A stretch of DNA of 63,742 nucleotides, counting the filler, from Rhabdomonas costata (Eukaryota): assembly GCA_019059605.1 (NCBI GenBank). It is 37 parts of 37 records of this genome, joined end to end, with 100 filler letters (N's around TTAATTAATTAA, not from the genome) between each part and the next. Parts side by side here need not be neighbours in the genome. Positions count along the whole stretch, not along the records: positions 39,704 to 41,329 come from JAHMHO010011764.1; positions 41,430 to 43,050 come from JAHMHO010011765.1; positions 43,151 to 44,770 come from JAHMHO010011766.1; positions 44,871 to 46,494 come from JAHMHO010011767.1; positions 46,595 to 48,219 come from JAHMHO010011768.1; positions 48,320 to 49,944 come from JAHMHO010011769.1; positions 50,045 to 51,669 come from JAHMHO010011770.1; positions 51,770 to 53,395 come from JAHMHO010011771.1; 29 more parts are not named here. One strand, written 5' to 3'. Within the stretch, counting starts at the first letter, position 1, and each line of letters starts with the position of its first letter. The position numbers and the translations under genes are program-made. This document shows positions 41,020-54,397 of the stretch, piece after piece. Under the pieces are notes generated by a model. It was given only the letters and a program-made list of their open reading frames with translations, had not been told where the DNA came from and did not search any database.

Positions 41020-41329
41020 TTCGCACCCTAATCCCGAACCCCACTTTCCGCACTCTAACGCCAAACACCAACTAACATCCTAACCCAAAACCCTCGCCCG
41101 AACATCTTAACCCCAAGCCCCGAGGCTTCGATCTTAACTCCGAGTACAAACTTACATCCTATCCCTGAGCCCCTACCATACCATTCTAAACCCGAGCGCC
41201 CAGTTTCGACACCCAAACACCAACAAAAATTGGCATTCCAAACCCGAGCCGCATATTTGGCAGCTTAATCCCGAGCACCAGCTCATATCGTAACCGCGAG
41301 CCCCAACCCTTACGTCCTAACCCCAACAA
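41020..41329. repeat. Degenerate CCCTAA/CCCGAA-like repeat tract
   Basis: Recurring ccctaa, cctaaccc, cccgag and cttaaccc words. Confidence 0.5.
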
Positions 41330-41831
41330 NNNNNNNNNNNNNNNNNNNNNNNNNNNNNNNNNNNNNNNNNNNNTTAATTAATTAANNNNNNNNNNNNNNN
41401 NNNNNNNNNNNNNNNNNNNNNNNNNNNNNTCCTTTGATTTGCCTTCTTGGAGGTCTTAGAAAAGGACTTCCAAATTTGGTTGATTGAAGCGAGCCCAAAT
41501 TTGGTCGGTCGATTGAAGCGAGCCCGAACATTCATTTCCAATTTCAACTGCAGTTTTTCATCTCTTTAGACCCGATGCGAATTTGGGTAGTTTGAACATG
41601 TTTGGTCATGCTGGTTTGTGCGCCAAATAAAAAGACCGAGGAGAAGAGAAAAACGGGAAAGAAAAGCAGAAGAAAAGTAAAGGTATTCTATCAAGGGGCG
41701 CAGCCTGGGTGCTCGCACGCGGGATCTGTCAGGTGCGCGGGGTGCCGGCTCACCTCAGAAAACAGGTGTCAAAAATGGAGAAAAATGTCGAGATGAGCCC
41801 CATTCAGCATTCATTTGTGTGGCCTCTGCAG

Positions 41832-41958
41832 GTTCGATCTTGTGCTTTTCGGGGCCACTGGGTTTGCGGGACGCCTTGCTGCTCAGTACCTAGCTCGAAG
41901 TTATGGTTCTACCGTGCGGTGGGCCATTGCGGGGAGGCGCAAGGACGCACTCGAGGCG
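41832..41958 (+). CDS. Saccharopine-dehydrogenase-like oxidoreductase, N-terminal NAD(P)-binding exon
   Basis: FDLVLFGATGFAGRLAAQYLA...RWAIAGR, with CAG/GT borders. Confidence 0.88.
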
Positions 41959-42523
41959 GTACAACGAGTTTTTTGCACACCAAGAAGCAATGAAAGTGGA
42001 GAAGCTTTTTCAGATGAAGTTTGTTGTCGCAACAAACGAATGAGTGACATCACGCGCAATAAGGTAACAGCAATAAAGCGGTAAAAGAGGGGCTGCGGAG
42101 TCCCAAAAGTGCTCGATGTACAAAAACATGCCGAATGATGGAATGCTGCACAATGGCCTACAACCAGCCAGAGAAAAGAGAAAACGACAGAAAGTGCGCA
42201 CTCGAGGCAAATCAACAAGTTAGAACAAATTGCTGGAGGTCCATGTTAAACAGACTGAAATCCGTAACATGGACGGTGTGGAATATCAAGCAGATCAATA
42301 GAGAGAAAGAAAGAGAGAAAGTCGGGGCAGATGGAAGAAACGCTAGTGATTAACACCACATTAACACCAGGGGAATACAGCTCTCTCAGCGAAGCTTGCT
42401 GAACAATGTACGGAAGGAGGTGCAAGATCGAGGGTGGAGCAAAAAGCGCATTGGTGAGACTTTGTGATGGGGAACAGGTGGGTGGGGTCACTTATCGGAA
42501 AATCAATCCATGCATGCACGTAT

Positions 42524-43050
42524 GTTGCAGATTGTAGGTTGAAAAGGTTTAAAAAAAACGGGCACAAAATACCCACCCGCTCCACCTCTCGTTGGAGGGG
42601 GAACCGAAGAACTCCATGCCAACTGCGGCCGCACAGCCCGCATCATAGTTTGGAACAAACTGCAGCAACAAAAGGGTTCAAGGGCAAGAGCGTTTCCCAT
42701 GTTCAAGATTTGGAAATAGGAGACTATTTACACAACCATTTCAACTCAGTCAAGTCCCCTGTTACCGACCAAAATTTCGGAAGATATTCAGGACGTTTAA
42801 CATGGTGTGAGGGTATGGAGCTGGTGCGCAGTTTTCTTGAAAGTTTTTTTTGTTTCTTATTTCCTTTCCTTTTTTCCCCAAAGACCCAAAGACCGGTTGC
42901 AGATTGTAGGTTGAAAAGGTTTAAAAAAAAACGGGCACAAAATACCCACCCGCTCCACCTCTCGTTGGAGGGGGAACCGAAGAACTCCATGCCAACTGCG
43001 GCCGCACAGCCCGCATCATAGTTTGGAACAAACTGCAGCAACAAAAGGGT
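42524..43050. repeat. Near-identical ~155-bp direct repeat (42524-42677 and 42896-43050)
   Basis: gttgcagattgtaggttg...caacaaaagggt occurs twice; the second copy runs to the contig end. Confidence 0.93.
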
Positions 43051-43595
43051 NNNNNNNNNNNNNNNNNNNNNNNNNNNNNNNNNNNNNNNNNNNNTTAATT
43101 AATTAANNNNNNNNNNNNNNNNNNNNNNNNNNNNNNNNNNNNNNNNNNNNGTGGTGTGGGGTTAGGTGGAGATGCAGAGTTCCCCGTGTCACAGAAGCTT
43201 TTGCAGGGGGTCCCCTGTGGTTCGAATAGAAAGTTTTGCAGGGGGCTGGGTGGCGATGCACGGATCCCCAGTTCACAGCTGTGACAGGGTGGACCCATTC
43301 TACTGAAGGGGGGGGGGGGCATAAATGCACTAGCGCCAGTTTCGGCCATCTAAATGCATGTTGAAAGTTAGCATACGACTCGGAAAGAAGGGAGAACAAA
43401 CATATCTAATGGTGATGAGAATTCGATTCTGCTGTGCATATCTGATGGAAAAAGTGCGCACCTTCCCACCCTATCTCTGCCTAACCACCCTTCTGATGGG
43501 GAGGACACCGATGCTGAAATGAGGGTTCCTTCCCATCAGATAGTGGCAATCAAGCAGAGAAGAGAACGAACAGAAGAGGAGAGCCTGCCGCAAAC

Positions 43596-44494
43596 CTTGA
43601 GTCTCGTCCACTGTCATGACGGAGTACTTCCGGACTTGCCCAGAACGGGTCAGCGCAGAGTTTTTTCCCAAGCAGGTCCTTCCGATGTAGCCCTGCACCG
43701 AAAAGGACAGGCACCAGCTGGCAAGGGAGGAGGACCATTGGGAGAAAATCTTCTGCTCAAAAGGCTTGTTACCGGAACTGAAAATTTCCGGAAAAGAAAA
43801 CAAAGGCATCAAAAGAGAAAATAAAGGAAAGTAGGGAAGAAACAATTGACTGCACCTACAAAACAGGAGCCCAGGTCACGCAACTCCCAAATTCCCAGTA
43901 GCAAGGTGTGAGGTGAGACCACGGAACATTGCTTTGAGTGGCTACCTGCTGGCAAACCATGCAGTAGTCTCCGGTGAAGAACCCCTTCGTGGGACTGGAG
44001 AAGCACACACAGGCCCCCTCCTGAGTGCAGTTCCCGTGCTGGTTGCAGAAGTCACACGGCAGAAGGCACTTCGAGCCCCACCAGCCTGAGAAACAGACCG
44101 ATGGTGAGCAGCACAAGGGCGCACAAACCGCAGCCAAGGCTTTGCATGAAGAAGTGTGACGGGACAATGGGATAATCATACCATGAAGAAAACACTGTGT
44201 TGGACGTGTTCACGGAACCAAAACGAGGGCGACACTCACACAGGCATACACACCATCGATGCAGAGCTCGCACTCCTCACCGGTCCAGTGCCCCAAGGCG
44301 TCGTCATCGTGGCACACGCAGCTGCCGCTGCGCCCGCAGTGGCTGTTGGGGCTGAGGTTTGCCCTGCAGTCACTGTCCTTGCAAGCCACGGCGCAGCATG
44401 CGCCTCCCGTGCAGCCCGAGGGGAAGTAGCCAGGGGCGCAGATGCACATCGGAAACGCAGAGCTGGTGTCGCAAATGCCATGACCACTGCAGGG
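43596..44494 (-). CDS. Cysteine-rich EGF/laminin-EGF repeat surface protein, partial; exons 44494-44254, 44085-43946 and 43692-43596
   Basis: CSGHGIC...CICAPGY, CVC...GHWTGEECELC, CNQHGNC...CVC...GFFTGDYC and GYIGRTC, with GT-AG introns in frame. Confidence 0.88.
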
Positions 44495-45066
44495 CTGTGG
44501 CAAAACGGAAGCAGGTGAAGCGAACACTGGCTTCCTGCGGTATTCCTGCAAAAATTCGGTGAATCGCGTCAGATGCACTCCGAACGCCCCGCTCCCCGCG
44601 GGTAAAAAAAGAAGAACAGTTCCCAGGCAAAAGTCTTCCTCCAATGAACATCCGTCACGGTAATTGTAACCACGATGGGCACAACCACAACAGCCCCACA
44701 GCTTCCCCACAGAATTCCCACTACAAAACAAGTCGAATCAGGTTTGTAATGGGGGGTGGGAGTGGATTTTNNNNNNNNNNNNNNNNNNNNNNNNNNNNNN
44801 NNNNNNNNNNNNNNTTAATTAATTAANNNNNNNNNNNNNNNNNNNNNNNNNNNNNNNNNNNNNNNNNNNNGGGTGTGTGTGTGTGTGCCTAAGTATGCAG
44901 CGGTTTTCTTCTTTGACTTAGGGACAGGAATGTTTGTTTGTTCATGTTTGCGCTTGTGGGTTCTTTGCACCTGTGGGGCTGGTGTCGGCTTTTCGTGGAA
45001 CCCTTCATCTGAAAAAACAGGATGGGGGAGAGAGAAAGAGAGAGAGAGCGTGTGTGCTTAATCCAC

Positions 45067-45953
45067 CTTTGATGTCCCCGTGGACGACCGCACACTGCTG
45101 GAGGTATTCCAAGCCCTGCAGAATCTGGATCGTGTAGACCCGGATGACGCACTCATGAAAGGCCCCGAACTTGGCCAAGAGGGAGGCCACGCTTCCTCCT
45201 TTGAAACGTTCACAAAGGAGAGACGCCGTTTCAGCTTTCAGGGCACTTTCAGGGCATCTGAAACTTTCCATTGTCCCAAGGGAAACAACAACCCCGTCAT
45301 CCAGCGTGCAGCGGTCAGATGAATATGTTTCCACAAAGCATGTCAGCGGTTCAAAAATCAAGTCAATTAAAATCAAATGAGAGAAACAAGCCATGCCAGG
45401 AACGTATTCGAGGAGGATACTGAAGTAGTTTGGATGACTGTTGTCAGAGCCAAGGTACTGCACAATGCGATGGTGCCTGAGAGCTTGAAGAACGTGTATC
45501 TCACGGTCCGCCTCCGCACTTGCAGCGCTCCTCGGAAAAGTCTTCACGGCGATCAGCTTACCGTCACTCACATTTAGACCCAAGTACACAGTGGCATTCC
45601 CTCCCTGGCCAATAACCTGAAAACACCAGCAGCAAAATCTACCACGAGCCAAGCAAAGCAAAAAAAGAGCGTAAACTTCGGCAAAAGCAAAATCGATGCA
45701 GATGCTAACCATTCGTTCGGTTTTTGAAGGAAAAGAAGACGGCGAGCAAAAAAAATGTGTACAAATGAGGTGAAAGGGGTGAACTCTGAGTTGAGCAGCG
45801 GAATGATACGATGACTTACTAGTGTCACTGGCGTTTGGCCCTGGCGGAGTGGTTGGGTCATCGTCAGCAAGGCACCATCTCCGCCTGCCTTGGACGCTCG
45901 GCCTCGGGTTCTTTGCAACTGTTGGAGGTCAATTTTCGTGGGATGCTTCGCAT
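45067..45953 (-). CDS. STE11/MAP3K-like Ser/Thr kinase, partial; exons 45616-45397 and 45198-45067, plus an upstream exon from ~45953 whose donor is uncertain
   Basis: IGQGGNATVYLG, IAVK, REIHVLQALRHHRIVQYLG, LEYVP|GGSVASLL, YTIQILQGLEYL and VHGDIKG. Intron 45396-45199 is GC-AG. Confidence 0.93.
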
Positions 45954-47107
45954 CTGAAATCGGAGGATGGGTCGGGTTCTAGATGTGCTAGGTTTGGGGT
46001 AACATGATGGGGTTATGTGCGAGTATGAGAGAGAGAGAGAAGCACACTCTACCTGCCCCTTCTGATAATAAATCGTTTGCGTGGGTTGCGATTGGGGACC
46101 AGCTTCTGAGTTCCCTGGGAGCGTGGGCTGGCGTTGGCTCGGCCCCCGGGATAAATCTCGGAAAATGTAGCCATAGTGGGCCGAATTTCGACTACCGGCC
46201 TCGCTGGATCTACACAGCAAAAGAATATTGGGAGCAAAAAAATGAACGACACGAAAACGCTCCTTGTTCGGTTGTGATCACCATCCCACCATACATACAT
46301 TCACTTATTGCAAGTCACCAAACCCCCTCCCCCCTTCACCTCATTAACCAACGTGTTTTGGTTTTCCCACACGTTAGCAGCTCCTGCCAGCTTTTCCGTT
46401 GCATCTTTGTGGTGGTGGTGGCGGCAGTCTTGCCATACATCTTGCTTCTTGGAAAACTTGGCCCGCGGTCTGGTCCTCGGATATAAACCAAACCNNNNNN
46501 NNNNNNNNNNNNNNNNNNNNNNNNNNNNNNNNNNNNNNTTAATTAATTAANNNNNNNNNNNNNNNNNNNNNNNNNNNNNNNNNNNNNNNNNNNNTAAACC
46601 TCCCTTAAACCTCCCCTAATCTCTTCGATTTTGGATGCGCGGTTGGCCACTGGAGGGAGAAAGAACCAGCGTGGAGATCGAACCAGACGCTCCGCTTTGG
46701 GGCTACCCCATTCCCTCTGACCTGAGTTTGCTCTTCGTTCAGCTTCAATAAGGCGTTGTTAAAATGGCGGCGTGACAAGTTGGGAGTTGCCGCCACAAAG
46801 GGTTCTTCCCTTTTCACTCTGTTCTAGTGATGCGTCATCGAACCAGCTTCAAAAGCTTTTGCCCCAGCTCGCTTCTTCTCGCTGGTATGCTTGAGTTTTC
46901 GCGGAAACTGACGCCCAAATTTGCAGTGACCAAGACCTCAAGGATGGACTTGACCTCCAGCGAGCATGTAGCGTGGGCCACAAAACAGCATTTCAGTCGA
47001 ACGACGGTAATTCAAGAATCTTCGAAACGCGCGGGCAATTCTTTGACTTAGGTTGGGATTGATGCTGTGACGCTGTGACTCCCTTTTGCATCCCTTTGTG
47101 CGCGCAG

Positions 47108-48122
47108 AAGTCTCGCCTTCGTTCCGAGGAGGCGTGCGAAAAGGCCTCTCGGGCGTATTGGGGCCTTTCCCAAAGATGACCGCTCTCAGGCACCTCACCT
47201 GACGGCGTTTGCTTGCGTCAAGGCTGGCTGCACCCACATTGTGCGAGACTTGGACCGTCCTGGGTCCAAGATGCACAAGAAGGAGATCGTGGAGGTACTT
47301 TCTTGTACCCTCTGCGGCTCTGTTTCGTGCCACTTGTGCTGGGAATATATGGGCTTCTCCTTTTGTTTTTTAGGGCGTCACGGTGATGGATGCTCCCCCC
47401 ATGATCGCGGTGGGTGTTGTGGGGTAAAAGCGCTCCCCGCATGGCAGGCTGTGTGTGGGTACTGTGTGGGCTCAGCACATTCCGGAGTCCCTGAAGCGCA
47501 TGTTCGTCAGGAGGTGGTGCACGTCCAACAAGAAGCCGTTCGGACGGTACTCTAAGAAGTTCACCAGTATGTCTGATTTTCAACTTGCAAAGGAATCGCA
47601 AAGGAAACACAGAGGAATTGTGTTGGCATGGCGGTAAACCAAAATTCCGTGTCTTAGTACTTGTATTCCCCATGTTCCAACGTGTCGGGTTTCGTTGTTC
47701 AGACCCTGCCCCGAGGCACACCCTTGAGAAGTACATCAGGAGCCTCAAGAGGAGGTCCTCCACCATTCGCCTGCTCTGCATTACCCAACCTAACAAGACT
47801 GGGCAGAAGCAGAAGAAGGCCCACTTGCTTGAGATTCAGATCAACGGCGGTACCATCCCGCAGAAGGTACGTGGGGCTTCTCACACGCTCCTCTCTGTGG
47901 ACCTGTTCTGCTCAGCAGTGGGGGTTTGCTCTGGGTTGCATCTCACCTCAGGTGGACTTCGCGCTGAAGCTTTTTGAGTGTGAGATTCCCGTTTCTGCGG
48001 TGTTCGAGGAGTCGGAGATGGTTGACCTGATCGGGGTGACAAAGGGCAAGGGGTTCCAGGGTGTCGTCAAGAGGTTCGGGGTGACGCGGCTGCCCCGAAA
48101 GACCCACCGTGGCCTACGGAAG
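47108..48122 (+). CDS. RPL3: 60S ribosomal protein L3 (uL3), partial; exons 47108-47294, 47374-47566, 47703-47866 and 47952-48122; in-frame TAA at 47425-47427
   Basis: FPKDD...PHLTAF...[38 protein letters not shown] and [30 protein letters not shown]. Confidence 0.95.
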
Positions 48123-48408
48123 GTTTGCGGGAGAAATGGAGTAGTTTTGAAACTCTCTACGGTAGCCAACTTAATTAGGGAAAAAGAGACAGGACCTGGC
48201 GAGAGATCCACAAACAACCNNNNNNNNNNNNNNNNNNNNNNNNNNNNNNNNNNNNNNNNNNNNTTAATTAATTAANNNNNNNNNNNNNNNNNNNNNNNNN
48301 NNNNNNNNNNNNNNNNNNNTGACTTCCCAGGTTTGTTGTAGTGTAGTGTGGCTTTTCTTTGGTCAGATGTAAAGCCGTTTCGTCACTGCGCCGGTTTTTG
48401 TCGGCCAG

Positions 48409-49138
<730 letters not shown>

Positions 49139-49681
49139 GGGCAAAGGCCCATTTCCATCTTCCTCCTCCTGTTCGTATGTGCGGCTTGTCTCGGGACCGG
49201 CTGTGTCGCCGCCCTGCTGAGCTCGTCTGCCTTCTTTTCCTCTTCTGTGTCCCAAAAGCACAAAACGTTTCCCGCACTGTGCTACCTGTTGCCCCACCCC
49301 ACCCCCTCACTCATTTGCATGTTGTTTTTCTTGGCAGAGGCGTTTTTCCTTCCACCCCACTGTACTTCGCTGTAGAGACCGGTGGTGGAAACAGAACTCC
49401 AAGCTATTGCACGCTCGCCTGTTGTTTTCATGTTTTGTTCTCGGCTTTTCATTTTTGCTTTTGGAGGGAGAGTGGCTGGCATCATGTCTGTCCCCCATGC
49501 AACTCCCAAAATACCAACTTGGAATTATTCATCAAACGTAAATTAATTTCACACCGCCAAAAGAATGTTTCTATTTTTCCTCCACCGAAGCCGGGCTAGC
49601 TCAAAGACCCACATCCTTCAGCGCTGGCCAATCGGCTGCTACTCTGTTACTCCGCTTCAGCAATTTTGTCTGCAACGCAAA

Positions 49682-49897
49682 ATGAACAGTGAAGACATCA
49701 GGGAAGCCTTCCGTATTTTCGATAAAGTGTGTCCTGTTGCTTTGTTTGCAGCCGCACCTTGTCTCCCAGTTGGCACTCCTGCTTACCGCTTTGAACAGAA
49801 TGGGAACGATGTCATTGGGAGTAAGGAACTTGGTGCTGTAATGCGCTGTGTGGGTATGGACCCCACCGAGATGGAGCTGAAAGACATGATTGCTGAG
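49682..49897 (+). CDS. Calmodulin-like EF-hand protein, 5' part; exons 49682-49726 and 49799-49897
   Basis: MNSEDIREAFRIFDK|NGNDVIGSKELGAVMRCVGMDPTEMELKDMIAE aligns with the CaM N-lobe. Confidence 0.88.
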
Positions 49898-50518
49898 GTC
49901 TCCTGGTTTCCGCTGCTCCTTCTCGGTGGGGTCCACCAACACAANNNNNNNNNNNNNNNNNNNNNNNNNNNNNNNNNNNNNNNNNNNNTTAATTAATTAA
50001 NNNNNNNNNNNNNNNNNNNNNNNNNNNNNNNNNNNNNNNNNNNNGTTTTGGTTTCCCGTTGGCCGTAGCGTAAGGACTTTGATTTCTTGCGATGCTGGAT
50101 GGTCCGCATTTACTTCTGTGCACTGGGTCCATCTCTGCGCGGGTCTGTTCTAGGAGCTCCTCCCTCGGGTGCACCAAGGGACACCGTTGGAACTTGCATG
50201 ATATCCCGTGCCAGCATCGCCTTCCTGGGGCACACGTGCTCGTCTTCCACCTGCTTTCGGCTGCGGCTTTCATGTCTCGCCCCTGGGAACCTCGGGGGTC
50301 CCTTTCCTGCCGTCGGACTCTCCTGCTCTGCGTCTCTGTTCACCCTGGATGCTCCGTGCTTGTGTGTGTGCGTGTGGCTAGAATTTAGCACAGCTAGGTG
50401 CACACGTCAAGTCACTATAAAATCAATCTCATTTGCTGATGGGTGATGATGAGGCAGGAGTGAGTACGAGGTGAGCCATCGCATGATGAAAGACCGAGAA
50501 GTAGACACATGGGGGTAC

Positions 50519-51556
50519 CTGTATGGCAGCTTCAGCCTCAGCGAGGCGCTTTTCGAGGGCCTTTGGGGCCTCCAGGGCGCCTGCCAGCCGTCCCTCCAGC
50601 GCCCGTGCCTCCGCCTGGGCCTCCGATGAGCGCTGCTCCAGGACTGCCACGTGTTCCCTCAGGGCACGGTTGACCTCCTCCAGGAGAGACGGATGGCGAA
50701 GAACGTCGTCCTGAAGCCCGTCCGCCAGCTGGGCAGCGCCACGCATGGCATGACGCTCCTCATGGAAGTACCCGCGAAGGCTCTGGTCCGCCGCCGAGGT
50801 AACAATGTCGTACCGTACCGTCTGGAAAGTAACAAGCCAGCCTCTGTCATCCTCAAACAACGCGCACCTCAACCGATGACATGCAAAGGCACACCAGAAA
50901 TCTTGAACCACAGCCGCAGCGCCTTCTCAAGGGTATATTATCATATTTTCTCATTTGAGTTCACGAAAGGGTGTGAACCGGAGGTTGGTGACGCGGCCAT
51001 GATTACCATGATCGACTCGGCTGTGTAAACTAGATGAAGGATCCAATGTGACAATGTGGGGAACGTATCGTAACCATGATCATCTCCCTTGATCCTCAGG
51101 GAATTAGTGCCAGTCGCAAGCGTAACCCGCACGCTAGGAATCCATTACAAAGGCAAATACGGGTTATGGTTGGCGAATGGGCTTAGTTGCAGCAGGGAGC
51201 CAGGAGCACCAAGTCTCCTGAACGGGACACTCACTTATCCAAACGCGACCAAAGCGGGAACATGGTTCATCTTTATCGGAGCGTGTTTCCTCTATCGCGC
51301 GGTAACTCCAGCTTACTCTTTGCATCCCAGCCCCCCCCCCCAGGGTGGCTTGCCTTGCTGACGCAGGTAACAGAGTAGATCCACGAGGTGTGGTCCACGA
51401 TCTTCGACAGCAAGACGTGGGTCCGCGAGTCCCAAACGCAGACCTCACAGTCCGCCGCTCCGCTGTACATCACTCCACCCACTCGAACCAGTACCGTGAC
51501 CCCCGCAGCGTGCTCGGCCAGGGTTCGATGCTCCGCAAAGGTCTCCATTTGTGACA
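50519..51556 (-). CDS. WD40-repeat plus coiled-coil protein, partial; exons ~51556-51354 and 50821-50519
   Basis: EHAAGVTVL...YSGAADCEVCVWD...DHTSWIYSVTCVSK|TVRYDIVTSAADQSLRGY, then a heptad-rich helix. GC-AG intron. Confidence 0.82.
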
Positions 51557-53029
51557 CTGCAGACAACAAGGAAGCAAAGAATGGGCCGAGGTCATCACCG
51601 AACTCGTTTGACGCCGAACTGATCTTACTGGGGCACCGTAATCAGGCGAAGGCGCGGAACCAAAACCCCNNNNNNNNNNNNNNNNNNNNNNNNNNNNNNN
51701 NNNNNNNNNNNNNTTAATTAATTAANNNNNNNNNNNNNNNNNNNNNNNNNNNNNNNNNNNNNNNNNNNNTGTGGTGGGGGGAGACCTGAGGACACTCGTA
51801 CGCCATGGACCGGTCCCAGGGACGCACCGCAGAGGAGTGCATGGAAAGACCTGCATGGATTGAGGTGATGTGGTGAACGGTAGCGTTAGCAGCAATGCCA
51901 ACTCTACTCAAACTACATCGCTCGAATCATGCACTCGATGATGGTAAGGATGAGAATGGTGCTGACGGGTAGTGTCATGCAGCAATGCCTCCACAGCTCA
52001 AAACACACACACCGATCCAACCCAGCAAGAGATGTCAGTACGTGGTAGTGGTGATGTTGGTGGTGGTACGATGGGCATGGTGCATAGCCGCTCTGTCACA
52101 TCCTCCACTCCAACTACCACATGACCCGTGTAGTGGAAGGTGACAGTGAGAGTGGTGATGGCTGTAATGGCTGATGAATACGCTGATGTTGCTATCTCCA
52201 ATCCCAACCACTGCCAACCATCACGTGAGGGATGTTGAGAGTGGAGGGAGGGCCCTGACGATGAGTGAGGGACCGACCGACTAGCAGAGCCTGAGGCAGA
52301 GGGGATGCCTACATGCCAAGATGCCTCTGACGTCGCTACGCTCACTGCGAGCCACATGGACACCCCAGTCTCCTTCCAAAGTACCTTCTCGGTAGGCTTT
52401 GGCAACCCCTTCCTTCGCGCTGCGAATACCGTGAGTCACATGGACATTGTGGAGGAAACTCCCAGGGGTGCGCTTGCCTCTCCTTGCCTGAGTAGTGGTG
52501 GTGATAGTGTGTTGAGTGGGATTGAGGGGAGTTGTTTGTGGTTGTTTTTCTGTTTACCTGCCTTCCCCACCCTGCCAGCAGGGGTGGTGACGGGCTGGTG
52601 CTCTTTGGTGCTCCTAGGGAACGCCCCTGCAGCTTCAAATGCGATGGTCCTCAACTCGTGGCGGATGATCCCCTTGGGCACGCTGAATGAGCTGAAGGAA
52701 CTCTACGAGCGGATATTGTTTTCTGGTGCCTGTGGAGTGTAATACTCGGTGTAATACTCGCTGCTGCTACTACTTTGGGGTGGGGGCCTGTGAGTTGTTG
52801 GTGCTTTAGAAATGATACCATTTTACATAGAACACCACTAGGAACGCAACGAGTACGAACACAGCCCAAGCAACACCAACCAACCAACATGCCCACCACC
52901 ACCACCACCACCACCAAGCCCACAACTACTACTACGCCCACCAACCCAACAGTGACACCAACCACAGACCCTACAACCACAACACCACACACCATACACC
53001 CAACGCTAAACCATTGCACACAACACCAT

Positions 53030-53125
53030 ACCAATACCAATACCAATACCAATACCAATACCAATACCAATACCAATACCAATACCAATACCAATACCAA
53101 TACCAATACCAATACCAATACCAAT
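53030..53125. repeat. (ACCAAT)16 hexamer tandem repeat inside an A/C-rich tract
   Basis: 16 exact copies. Confidence 0.95.
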
Positions 53126-54397
53126 ACCCAGAGAAACAGACACGCGAGGAGCCCAAGACCCAACACCAATACCAAACCCGAATGCAGAAGGCCGAATACC
53201 AATCATGAGATCACCAGTTGAAGGCCGAAGGCCGAAGGCAGAAACCGAATACCGAACTTCAATCCGTGTGTAAGACCCACTCCCAACGTGTCAAGAGGCC
53301 ACCAACCACAAAGCACAAAGCACCGACAACACCACTGGACCCACAACTACCCAACATAGCAATCTAAGCGCCAATCCCCTCAACCCCACACAAAANNNNN
53401 NNNNNNNNNNNNNNNNNNNNNNNNNNNNNNNNNNNNNNNTTAATTAATTAANNNNNNNNNNNNNNNNNNNNNNNNNNNNNNNNNNNNNNNNNNNNCATTC
53501 AACTGCTCCCATATATCTTCCGTGACTTCCTCCAATGGCTTTATCCAAATGCACCACTACTTCATCAACTCTTGAGCTTTTCTGAAGTCTCATCTCACCA
53601 ACAGAATTTATCTCTGCTCTTGAAGCAACAACGCTCTCCTCTCTTCTCAACTCAAGCGCTGAACTTCCAATCTTTAGCTCGTCAACCATTCCACTCAAAT
53701 CTCGTATATCGACCACTCTCTCTACTCCGTCGAAAACCACTCTGAAATTTCTCACGACTGCGAACACCAAAGTGTTCTTTATCTTTTTCATCCACTCAAA
53801 GGCTCTCCTACGTGTCCTGAGCCGTTATGCCGGGATGCGGACCGCTGCTCGGTCCAATCCTCAACAAGAGATAGCGTCGCCATTGGGATGAAATCGCTCT
53901 TCATTCCCGGCGAACTCCAAGGAGCAAAATGCAAGCAGGGAGAAAAAGGGCCGCAACAAGCCAGTCGGGCACAAGGTGCCCTAGGTATGGAATGCCAAGC
54001 CCCTTGGGGCAAAGGATTCCGGCCTACCGGGGTATGGTGCGACCGGCGCGGGAATTTTAATGTCAAAGCGGTTCCCTCTTAATTGTTGGCTGTGCTGTTG
54101 CTTGCCTTCGTGCTCTGTGGTACGCTATGCACCATTTTGATGGTCACCCTCGTTTGCTGCCTTCGACTTCGTCTTTTCCAAGGCCCTTCCGGGCCCCCAA
54201 TGAGCTTGAGAGAAGGAGAACCACGGGGCAAAGCCACAAGAAAATTGGGTTTTCTTTTATACTTTTTGTGCTTTCTAAACAGAGTGTGTGTGGGTTGATT
54301 TGTCCTGAAACCATTATAATTTTGATTGCTAATCTTTCTTCGGGTCATCCCTCCCCCAAATCCTCTGAGGTGCCGTTCACCCGCTGAGGTCCTAATA

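Noticed and set aside
50045-50273. C-x-HG-C-C-HP zinc-finger-like ORF
   Set aside because: Short and truncated; cannot tell a host exon from an element remnant.
52651-53221. ORFs with VLVL/TNTN/YWYW/YQYQ repeats
   Set aside because: These are translations of the (ACCAAT)n and A/C-rich tract.
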